Of a stretch of DNA of 39,570 nt, positions 9,626-17,476 are shown piece by piece. How positions within the stretch are numbered: the first letter of the stretch is position 1; every line of letters begins with the position of its first letter. This stretch comes from Acutalibacteraceae bacterium (GTDB lineage: Bacteria; Bacillota; Clostridia; Oscillospirales; Acutalibacteraceae). The stretch is taken from positions 1 to 39,570 of the forward strand of contig JAXJVR010000041.1 in the NCBI GenBank assembly GCA_036308405.1, written 5' to 3'. Under the pieces are notes generated by a model. The model saw only the letters and a list, made by a program, of their open reading frames with translations. It did no database searches and was not told the origin of the DNA. Made by a program: the position numbers and the translations under genes.

Positions 9626-9807
9626 TACTTAAAAATGGTTTGCACGCCTTCTACTATTTCGCCTACCGCTTTTACTACTTTGGCTGAACCTTTTGAAACA
9701 TTGTGCTTGTCCTGCATCATCATTTTGCCGGCAACAACTGCGGCGGCACCTGCCACCATACCTGCGCCTACTCCTTTTACAAATGACATTGTATTTCCTT
9801 TTTGCAT
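9625..9807 (-). CDS. Small glycine-zipper membrane or amphipathic protein (60 aa), hypothetical
   Basis: The GGGAGG RBS lies 9 nt before the ATG. The sequence contains GVGAGMVAGAAAVVAG. The gene is bracketed by hairpins on both sides. Confidence 0.5.
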   Translation of the reverse strand: MQKGNTMSFVKGVGAGMVAGAAAVVAGKMMMQDKHNVSKGSAKVVKAVGEIVEGVQTIFK

Positions 9808-9871
9808 AAAAATAAACCTCCCTTCAAAGGTAGTTTTACCTTTTAAGAGAGGTTTTATTTATAGCCAATTT

Positions 9872-10426
9872 TTACTTCTTTTTATACTCGCTGAAAGGCG
9901 GATGAAGTTTATCTTTATCCGAAAGTTTAATCTCCATATCGGCGGGTATAGGCCACTCAATGCCTATATCCGGGTCGTTCCACATAAGACCGCCCTCATC
10001 GTTAGGATGATAATAATCATCAACCTTGTAGCAGAATTCCGCCTCATCGGAAAGCACAACAAAACCGTGCGCAAAGCCCTTCGGAACTAAAAACTGACGC
10101 TTGTTTTCGGCTGAAAGGATAACGCCTTCCCACTTGCCGTAGGTTTCTGAACCTTCGCGCAAATCAACGCAAACATCAAACACTTCACCGCGAACACAAC
10201 GAACCAGCTTTGTCTGCGGATAGTTAATTTGGAAATGAAGTCCGCGAAGCACGCCTTTTGTAGACATCGACTGATTGTCCTGAACAAAGTCAATGTCAAT
10301 TCCGCCTGCTTTAAAGTCTTCTTTTTGATATGTTTCCATAAAATAGCCGCGACTGTCGCCGAATGCGGTTGGCTCAACAATTATAACGCCGTCAATAGAA
10401 GTTTTAATAAAATTAAACTTTCCCAT
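9872..10426 (-). CDS. rfbC: dTDP-4-dehydrorhamnose 3,5-epimerase
   Basis: FGDSRGYFMETY...LRGLHFQ...KLVRCVRGEVFDVCVDLR...FAHGF are RmlC cupin signatures. Confidence 0.92.
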   Translation of the reverse strand: MGKFNFIKTSIDGVIIVEPTAFGDSRGYFMETYQKEDFKAGGIDIDFVQDNQSMSTKGVLRGLHFQINYPQTKLVRCVRGEVFDVCVDLREGSETYGKWEGVILSAENKRQFLVPKGFAHGFVVLSDEAEFCYKVDDYYHPNDEGGLMWNDPDIGIEWPIPADMEIKLSDKDKLHPPFSEYKKK

Positions 10427-10430
10427 TAAA

Positions 10431-11498
10431 TTATAACTCCTCTTTTCCGCTATACATTGTTTCGTAGTATTTTTGATAAGCGCCGCTTGTTACATTTTCA
10501 AACCACTCTTTGTTGTCAAGATACCATTTAAGTGTCTTTTTAATGCCGACTTCAAAGCAGGTTTCAGGATACCAACCGAGCTCGTCCTTGATTTTTTGCG
10601 GGTCAATACCGTAACGACGGTCATGGCCCTTGCGGTCGGTAACATGCTTAATCATATGTTCGCCGACGGTTGCGTCAACATTTTCTTTAATGTATTCGAT
10701 AATAGATTTAACTATAAATATATTAGGTCTTTCGTTATGACCGCCTACATTATAAACCTCACCGAGTCTGCCGCCGCGAATAACCATATCAATGGCTTTG
10801 CAGTGGTCCTCAACATAAAGCCAGTCACGAATTTGCATACCGTCACCGTAAACGGGCAAATCTTTGTGCTGTAAAGTGTTGTTCATAATAAGCGGAATAA
10901 GCTTTTCGGGGAACTGGAACGGTCCGTAGTTATTTGAGCAACGGGTTATATTTACAGGGAACTTATAGGTATCGCCGAATGCTTTTACAAAGAAATCAGC
11001 TGCTGCTTTTGATGATGAATACGGTGAATGAGGGTCAAGGGGTGTGGTTTCGGTAAAGTAACCTGTTTCACCCAAAGAACCGTAAACTTCATCGGTAGAA
11101 ACCTGCAAATATTTTACGCCCTCTTTATATTTATCATCGCCTATACTCCAAGCAACCTTTGCGCATTGAAGCATATTAACAGTGCCTTCAACATTTGTTT
11201 TAACAAATATTTCAGGATTTGTTATGCTGCGGTCAACATGGCTTTCTGCCGCAAAGTTTACAACATAATCAACGTCATTTTCAGCAAAGATTTTAGAGAT
11301 TGCCTCTCTGTCGCAAATGTCGGCTTGAACAAAGCTGTAACGAGGGTTGTTTTCAACGCTCTTAAGATTTTCAAGATTTCCGGCATAAGTAAGTTTATCT
11401 ACATTGATGATTTTTACATCATCATACTTGTTAAGCATATAGATAACAAAGTTTGAACCGATAAATCCTGCGCCGCCTGTTACTAAATAGGTTTTCAT
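10431..11498 (-). CDS. rfbB: dTDP-glucose 4,6-dehydratase
   Basis: TGGAGFIGSNF Rossmann motif, STDEVYG and YSSSKAAAD (YxxxK). Confidence 0.95.
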   Translation of the reverse strand: MKTYLVTGGAGFIGSNFVIYMLNKYDDVKIINVDKLTYAGNLENLKSVENNPRYSFVQADICDREAISKIFAENDVDYVVNFAAESHVDRSITNPEIFVKTNVEGTVNMLQCAKVAWSIGDDKYKEGVKYLQVSTDEVYGSLGETGYFTETTPLDPHSPYSSSKAAADFFVKAFGDTYKFPVNITRCSNNYGPFQFPEKLIPLIMNNTLQHKDLPVYGDGMQIRDWLYVEDHCKAIDMVIRGGRLGEVYNVGGHNERPNIFIVKSIIEYIKENVDATVGEHMIKHVTDRKGHDRRYGIDPQKIKDELGWYPETCFEVGIKKTLKWYLDNKEWFENVTSGAYQKYYETMYSGKEEL

Positions 11499-11501
11499 TT
11501 T

Positions 11502-12395
11502 TTAGTCCTCCACTTTTGAAATATATGTTTTTAAGGCTTCCTGCCAGTCGCGCATTTCATTGCCGACTGTGCATTCAAGCGCCAAATTACGAAGTGATGA
11601 ATATTCCGGCCTTTTTGTATGCACATTGAATTTTGCGTTATATTCTTCGGTGGTGCAGGGTGTAACCGTATCACCGAGTCCCGAATATTCAGCTATTTTA
11701 ACAGCAAAGTCATACCAAGAACACTCGCCCTCACCTGTGCAGTGATAAATTCCGTATTCTTCGGTAACTGCCAATTTAAGCAAATGGTGAGCCAAATCGT
11801 TTGCATTTGTAGGATTACCGCGTTGGTCACATACAACACCTATACCGCCGTTTGCGCGAATAACTCGACGGACCGTTTTAACAAAGTTTTTGCCCACATA
11901 GCCGTAAAGCCATGATGTGCGAACAATAAAAGACTTTTTACAAAAAGCAAGGGCATATTTTTCACCCAAAGCCTTTGACGCGCCGTAAACGCTCTGCGGG
12001 TCGGTCTTATCCCACTCGCAGTAAGGCTTTGTGCCGTTGCCCGCAAAAACATAGTCGGTTGACACATGTATAAATTTTGCCCCGATATTCTCGGCGCAAA
12101 CCGCCAAATTTTTAACGCCTAAAGCGTTAACTTTAAATGCTGTCTTATAATCGCTTTCACAGCCGTCAACATTAGTCATAGCCGCGCAGTTAATTATAAC
12201 ATCGGGTTTGTTTTGTGAAACAAAGTCGCTTACAGCCGACATATCGGTTATGTCAAGCGTGTCAATGTCTACGGGAAAAACCTGTGCGCCGACAACCGCT
12301 TCGGGTATTGCGCCAATCTCGCTTTTACCGCTTGCAATAATAGATTGCAACTCGTTGCCCAACTGACCGTGACAGCCGGTAATCATAATTTTCAT
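11502..12395 (-). CDS. rfbD: dTDP-4-dehydrorhamnose reductase
   Basis: MITGCHGQLG, HVSTDYVF and YGASKALGE motifs. It shows ATGA overlap with the upstream GT2. Confidence 0.9.
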   Translation of the reverse strand: MKIMITGCHGQLGNELQSIIASGKSEIGAIPEAVVGAQVFPVDIDTLDITDMSAVSDFVSQNKPDVIINCAAMTNVDGCESDYKTAFKVNALGVKNLAVCAENIGAKFIHVSTDYVFAGNGTKPYCEWDKTDPQSVYGASKALGEKYALAFCKKSFIVRTSWLYGYVGKNFVKTVRRVIRANGGIGVVCDQRGNPTNANDLAHHLLKLAVTEEYGIYHCTGEGECSWYDFAVKIAEYSGLGDTVTPCTTEEYNAKFNVHTKRPEYSSLRNLALECTVGNEMRDWQEALKTYISKVED

Positions 12396-13156
12396 CTTTG
12401 CTTACCCCTCCATTTTAATAAAAATTTAAAGCAAGAAATTATATGAATAAATAAATATTTTAAACTTTTTGCACTTTCGCGCTCCCACGCGTGATTTACA
12501 CTAAACTGCGGTAAAATCATAACTTTACCTATATTTTTTGATTCAAGCGTTAAATCGGCGTCTTCAAGATACATAAAATATCTTGTATCAAATCCGCCGA
12601 GTTTTTGAAAAACATCGCTTCTTATGCAAAAGAAACATCCGCTGCAAAAATCAATTTCGCAAGGTGAATTTACCGTTTTTTCAGCCCACACATACTCACT
12701 GCGTATTTTTTGCGAAAGTCTGCCTAAAAACAACCTTTTAAAAGTCGGGCGCTCTTTAGGCAATTTTTGCTCACTGCCGTCGGCATTTAAAATTTTAGGC
12801 ATTGCCATAACCACATCGGGATTTTGTTCAAAAAAATCAACCATATATGATATAACATCGGAATTTAAGGTTATGTCGGGATTTATAACAAAATGATATT
12901 TACCCAAACCTTCATTAAGCACGGCATTATGCGCTGCCCCGAAACCTAAATTTTTATGCTGTCTTATCACAGTGGCTTTGCAGGTTTTTTCAATAAAATC
13001 AGCTGTGCCGTCGGTTGAAGCATTATCGACAACATAGAGCTTTAGCGGGTATTTTTTTGTGTTTTCGACCACGCTGTCTACGGCAGCGGGCGCACGGCTG
13101 ATATCGTTATAGGTAACAATAGATGCCGAAACCGTAATATCAGCACTCATACACAA
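12392..13156 (-). CDS. Glycosyltransferase family 2
   Basis: SIVTYND...VVDNASTDGT...GFGAAHN...YLEDADL is a GT-A fold with DxD-type motifs. Confidence 0.8.
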   Translation of the reverse strand: MCMSADITVSASIVTYNDISRAPAAVDSVVENTKKYPLKLYVVDNASTDGTADFIEKTCKATVIRQHKNLGFGAAHNAVLNEGLGKYHFVINPDITLNSDVISYMVDFFEQNPDVVMAMPKILNADGSEQKLPKERPTFKRLFLGRLSQKIRSEYVWAEKTVNSPCEIDFCSGCFFCIRSDVFQKLGGFDTRYFMYLEDADLTLESKNIGKVMILPQFSVNHAWERESAKSLKYLFIHIISCFKFLLKWRGKQR

Positions 13157-13217
13157 ACCCCCTATTTTTATAAAATAATAATACCATTTTATTTAAAAAT
13201 AATCAACATAAAAATTT

Positions 13218-14135
13218 TCACTTTAAAAATCCGTTTACTATTTCTTCTTCGGCCTGCTGTTCGGTAAGTCCCAAAGTCATAAGCTTTATAAGCTGTTCGC
13301 CGGCAATCTTACCGATAGCCGCTTCGTGTATAAGGGACGCGTCAATATGATTTGCGTTAATTTCGGGTATAGCGCTTACCTTTGCGTTTCCCATAATTAT
13401 GGCGTCACATTCGGTATGACCCGAACAAAGATTATTTCCGTTAATATTTGAACGGTAAACCTGCACCGAGTTGTCACGCGCTACAGAACGCGAAACAACA
13501 TTCGCGCTTGAATTTTCGCCGTTCATATCAACCGAAAAGTCGGTTTCGGCGCGTTGTGAGCCGTGAGTCATAATTTTTTCGTGTATTACAAGCGTAGCGT
13601 CGCGGTCAAGGGTGGCGCGTGTAATTCGCTTTGTATTGTCTATACCTTTTATCTGGCTAGTTTCCATTTCCATATAACCGCCCTCGGCTATATTTACAAC
13701 TGTGGTCGGATTCATATTTCTGCCGCCGACGCCGTCGCCCTCACCGTAGTGGCGCTCTATATATTTAACCTTTGCGTTTTTACCCACAAAGAATGTGTGT
13801 ATACCGTCGTGACGCGATTCGCCGTCGCCGCAGTTGTGTATTCCGCAACCTGCCATAATAGTAACATCGCAGTCTTCGCCGATTATAAAATCGTTATACA
13901 CCAAATCACTTATACCGCTGTTGCTTATAATTACCGGTATGTGCACCGTCTCACCTTTTGTGCCGGGGCGAATTATAATATCAATACCGTCTTTGTCGGT
14001 TTTTGTGCGAATATCAATATTAGGGGTTGTGTTGCGCTGCGCAAGCGCACCGTTTGCGCGGATATTAAACGCACCCGAAGGTGTCGAGTCCATATCGGCA
14101 ATTATTTTAAGCAAATCTTGTTCTATTTTGTTCAC
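13218..14135 (-). CDS. SufB/SufD-family Fe-S cluster assembly scaffold protein (short, 305 aa)
   Basis: The C-terminal block LIHEAAIGKIAGEQLIKLMTLGLTEQQAEEEIVNGFL is typical of the SufBD beta-helix family. It lies directly downstream of sufC. Confidence 0.8.
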   Translation of the reverse strand: MNKIEQDLLKIIADMDSTPSGAFNIRANGALAQRNTTPNIDIRTKTDKDGIDIIIRPGTKGETVHIPVIISNSGISDLVYNDFIIGEDCDVTIMAGCGIHNCGDGESRHDGIHTFFVGKNAKVKYIERHYGEGDGVGGRNMNPTTVVNIAEGGYMEMETSQIKGIDNTKRITRATLDRDATLVIHEKIMTHGSQRAETDFSVDMNGENSSANVVSRSVARDNSVQVYRSNINGNNLCSGHTECDAIIMGNAKVSAIPEINANHIDASLIHEAAIGKIAGEQLIKLMTLGLTEQQAEEEIVNGFLK

Positions 14136-14147
14136 CGTAGCACCGCC

Positions 14148-14882
14148 TTATATTGTTTTGTCAGTAAGCACCGGGCAGACAGCGTTTGTTTTGCCGAGCA
14201 ATTCCGGCAATATATCCTCGCGTTTGCCGTAAGATTTAAGTTCGCCTGCGCTGAGCACGGCAACTTTATCGGCAGTATTTAAAATTCTTTCCTGATGCGA
14301 AATTATAATTATTGTGCCGCCCAATGTTTCACGCATTTTTTCAAAAACATTTATAAGATTACCGAAACTCCAAAGGTCAATACCCGCTTCGGGTTCATCA
14401 AAAATCGAAACCTTTGTTCCGCGGGCTAAAACCGTGGCTATTTCAATTCGTTTAAGCTCACCGCCCGAAAGCGAAGCGTTAACCTCACGATTTATATAGT
14501 CGCGCGCGCAAAGACCCACCTGCGAAAGATAATCGCACGCTTCGGACATACTTATGTCTTTACCCGATGCAAGTCTTATAAGGTCGTTTACGGTAATACC
14601 CTTAAAACGAACCGGTTGCTGAAAAGCAAAGCTTATGCCCTTTTGCGCTCTTTCGGTTATCGAAAGGTCGGTTATATCCTCTCCGTCAAGCAAAATTTTG
14701 CCTGATGTCGGCTTTAAAATACCTGCAATGATTTTTGCAAGAGTTGACTTGCCGCCGCCGTTAGGACCGGTTATAGCAAGAAAGCCGTCATCAATATCCA
14801 TTGTTATTTCTTTTAAAATCTCTTTAACCCCGTCTTCGTTTTCGGCAGAAAAAGAAATATTTTTAAGTTGCAGCATTGACAT
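14148..14882 (-). CDS. sufC: Fe-S cluster assembly ATPase SufC
   Basis: GPNGGGKST, LSGGELKR and IFDEPEAGIDL, plus the SufC-like LISHQERIL motif. Confidence 0.85.
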   Translation of the reverse strand: MSMLQLKNISFSAENEDGVKEILKEITMDIDDGFLAITGPNGGGKSTLAKIIAGILKPTSGKILLDGEDITDLSITERAQKGISFAFQQPVRFKGITVNDLIRLASGKDISMSEACDYLSQVGLCARDYINREVNASLSGGELKRIEIATVLARGTKVSIFDEPEAGIDLWSFGNLINVFEKMRETLGGTIIIISHQERILNTADKVAVLSAGELKSYGKREDILPELLGKTNAVCPVLTDKTI

Positions 14883-15018
14883 CCTCCATATTTTTTAACA
14901 TACATAAGTATTATACATTTTTTGTCAATAAAAAGCAATATTATTATTTGCCAAAAACTGTCTTTTATGGTATAATGCCTTATATTTTATTTCTCGCGGT
15001 GAGAAGGGACTTGAAAAA

Positions 15019-15957
15019 ATGGCAAAAAAAAATAATTTAAAGGGCAGTCTTATATTGTGCACTGCGGCTTTACTTTGGGGACTTGCGTTCGTGGTGCAAA
15101 ACCGAGCCGCCGATAAAATACCGCCTTTTACATTTAATGCCATGCGCTCTTTTATAGGTGCAATATTTTTGTTTGCTTTTATGGGTATAATGTCAGGCAA
15201 AAACAAAGAATATGTGCCCATCCCCAAAAATTTTGATAAAAAACTGCTTTTTACGGGCAGTATGGTCTGCGGCGTGGTGCTTGCCGTATCGACCAACTTT
15301 CAACAGTTCGGCATAGCCGCATATCCTGACGGAGTGCCTACAGAAGCGCGCTCGGGCTTTTTAACCGCGCTTTATGTAATTATAGTGCCTATTATGTCGG
15401 TGTTTGCCAAAAAGAAAGTGCCTGCTGTGGTCTGGATTTCGGCGCTTGTGGCGCTCGGCGGCTTTTATATACTCTGCCTTTATGAAGGTGTAAGCGGTTT
15501 CTATTTTGCGGATATTTTGGTTTTGTGTTGCACTCTTGCGTTTTCAATGCACATTATCGTTATAGACAAATACTGCGGTTTGATAGGCGGTGTCAGACTT
15601 TCGGCATTTCAATTTATCTTTTGCGGTATATTTTCGGGAATAATGGCTATTATCTTTGAATTTGATAAAATAAACATTCAAAATATACTCTCGGTTCTGC
15701 CCGAAATTTTATATATGGGCATTGTATCAAGCGGAATTGCCTATACCTTGCAGATAGTAGGTCAAAAATATGCCGAACCGGCAATAGCATCGCTTTCTAT
15801 GAGTCTTGAAAGCGTATTTGCAGCCCTCGGTGGTTGGGTTATCACCGGTAACGCACTAAAAGGCAATGAAATCATAGGTTGCCTGCTTGTCTTTTCGGCA
15901 ATAGTATTAGCGCAGTTGCCCGATTTTTTCAAAAAGAAAAACACCGTAAATACTTAA
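15019..15957 (+). CDS. EamA/DMT-family transporter
   Basis: About 10 TM segments in two repeated halves, with no other motifs. Confidence 0.75.
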   Translation: MAKKNNLKGSLILCTAALLWGLAFVVQNRAADKIPPFTFNAMRSFIGAIFLFAFMGIMSGKNKEYVPIPKNFDKKLLFTGSMVCGVVLAVSTNFQQFGIAAYPDGVPTEARSGFLTALYVIIVPIMSVFAKKKVPAVVWISALVALGGFYILCLYEGVSGFYFADILVLCCTLAFSMHIIVIDKYCGLIGGVRLSAFQFIFCGIFSGIMAIIFEFDKINIQNILSVLPEILYMGIVSSGIAYTLQIVGQKYAEPAIASLSMSLESVFAALGGWVITGNALKGNEIIGCLLVFSAIVLAQLPDFFKKKNTVNT

Positions 15958-15970
15958 ATCAGGTTTACCA

Positions 15971-16010
15971 AAAAGTCTCTGCTTTCATATTTTAAGCAGA
16001 GACTGTTTTT
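15971..16010. terminator. Bidirectional Rho-independent terminator (EamA / spoIIID)
   Basis: AGTCTCTGCTT/loop/AAGCAGAGACT with an A-run before and a T-run after. Confidence 0.7.
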
Positions 16011-16021
16011 AGTTGCACGAC

Positions 16022-16270
16022 CTATTCGCCTTTGTATTTGCGTCTTGTTGCCATTCCCCCGCGTATATGTCGCTCACTCTTGTTTTTTTGCAACACAGCA
16101 TTAACCTGACTATAAAGCCTGCGATTTATATGTAAAAGCCGTTCGGTTACATCTTTATGCACCGTTGATTTGCTGACGCCGAATACCTTTGCGGCGGCGC
16201 GCACGGTGGCGCCGGTATCTACTATGTATTTACCCAACATCTCTGCCCTGTCACAAGAAAACTCTCTCAT
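16022..16270 (-). CDS. spoIIID: Sporulation transcriptional regulator SpoIIID
   Basis: GKYIVDTGATVRAAAKVFGVSKSTVHKDVTERL...RHIRGGMATRRKYK is near-identical in pattern to B. subtilis SpoIIID as I remember it. The RBS AAGGTGG favours the ATG at 16270 over the GTG at 16282. Confidence 0.9.
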   Translation of the reverse strand: MREFSCDRAEMLGKYIVDTGATVRAAAKVFGVSKSTVHKDVTERLLHINRRLYSQVNAVLQKNKSERHIRGGMATRRKYKGE

Positions 16271-16362
16271 ACTACCTACCACCTTAAATGACTTGGTAAA
16301 TTATATGAGAGAGTTGTTTTATTTATGTTTTTATAATTGTGCAAAATCTTAACATCAAAAAC

Positions 16363-17283
16363 CTATACGCTCATTTGCAAATTTTCGGTTACCCAGCGTT
16401 TGTATTTAATAAATTCCTCGTTTTCGGGCGTTACCGACAGCACAAAATTTATTTGTCCCAAAAGTTTTTGTAAATAGTGTTCTTTGGTATCTGTTATATT
16501 CTTATTTTGCATATGCGAGTCAACGCCGTATTCCATACAGTAATACATCGTCTGTCTGATTTTTCGGCGGTAAATTGCGGAGGTGTTCGCTTTTTCATTA
16601 ACAACAATACCGGTTACTATTTTCTTTTGTCCGTCACGCACAACGGTTGTCTTTTTATTATTTAGATAAAAACCGTATTTAGCAAGTTCTGATTTTACAA
16701 ATTCTATGACCTCGTTAGGTTTAAAACTGCCCGAAAAGGTCATATCGTCGCAATAACGGGTGTATGTAATACCTCCGTTTTTGCACCAAGCGCCCACCGC
16801 ATTGTCAAAATCTTTCATAATAATGTTTGAAATCGCGGGAGAAGTCGGCGCGCCTTGCGGCAACGCTTCATGAAAACTGCAAATTTGAGCCAAAATCATA
16901 GCAACTTTGTCAGAAAAAATCTCTTTTGAAAAGGCGCCTAAAATCATCGAAAAAGTAATTTTGTCAAAGAAATGGCGAATATCCAATTTTAAAAGCGTGT
17001 TGTTATTTATATGCGGTTTTGCATTTGCAAGCGGACTGCCGCCCGGTCTGTACGCGGTAGCGTATGGCGAAATCTCGATAATAGGCAAAATCACATTATC
17101 AATTCTTTTTTGCACAGTTTTAAGTTCATTATCGGGAACTGTAAGTTCGCGAAAACCGCCGCTGTTTTTCGGAACACTTGCCTTATGATAATGCTTTTCA
17201 GGTCTGTTGCCGAGTGTATATAAATGCTTTAAAGAAAAGCCCAAATCTGCGCAAAGGGAGGAAAGTTCACGATAAACAATCAT
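16363..17283 (-). CDS. Retron-type reverse transcriptase (306 aa)
   Basis: RT motifs 1-7 are present: FRELTVPDNELKTVQKRI, DIRHFFDKI, LPQGAPTSPAISN, YTRYCDDMTF and NNKKT. It also has the retron-specific signatures NAxxH (LANAKPH) and VTG (KIVTGIVVN). The RBS GGGGAGGGAAG lies 8 nt before the ATG. No extra fused domains. Confidence 0.85.
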   Translation of the reverse strand: MIVYRELSSLCADLGFSLKHLYTLGNRPEKHYHKASVPKNSGGFRELTVPDNELKTVQKRIDNVILPIIEISPYATAYRPGGSPLANAKPHINNNTLLKLDIRHFFDKITFSMILGAFSKEIFSDKVAMILAQICSFHEALPQGAPTSPAISNIIMKDFDNAVGAWCKNGGITYTRYCDDMTFSGSFKPNEVIEFVKSELAKYGFYLNNKKTTVVRDGQKKIVTGIVVNEKANTSAIYRRKIRQTMYYCMEYGVDSHMQNKNITDTKEHYLQKLLGQINFVLSVTPENEEFIKYKRWVTENLQMSV

Positions 17284-17290
17284 TAACTAA

Positions 17291-17476
17291 CTTCCCTCCC
17301 CTTTACAAAAAACGAAACAATACAGTGTTGATATTCAAGTTGCGAAACTGATTTTGGTGCACATGAAATGTGTTTTAAATCAGTGAGAGCAATCTTGAAT
17401 TGAGCATAAGCAAATGTATGCAAATGTGCAATCCCGAAAGCGACTCGCCGTTTTAACGTTTTTACAGCCTTCCCCT
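17291..17476 (-). ncRNA. Candidate retron msr/msd non-coding RNA
   Basis: Sits directly between the stop of the upstream gene and the RT start. It contains a 68-nt imperfect hairpin at 17400-17333: ATTCAAG-a-TTGC-tctc-ACTGATTT...AAATCAGT-ttc-GCAA-CTTGAAT, with an inner CACAT/ATGTG stem. Smaller stems lie 5' of it, including GCATA...TATGC. The a1/a2 repeats and the branching G are not confidently identified, so the boundaries are approximate. Confidence 0.5.

Noticed and set aside
9620-10090. A 156-aa plus-strand ORF
   Set aside because: It is antisense to the small glycine-zipper gene and rfbC and spans a terminator-like hairpin. It has no motif support.
13563-14282. A 239-aa plus-strand ORF, with a nested 132-aa ORF
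   Set aside because: It is antisense to the well-supported SufB/D-like and SufC genes. It has Cys/Tyr/Phe-rich low-complexity composition typical of antisense frames, and no RBS.
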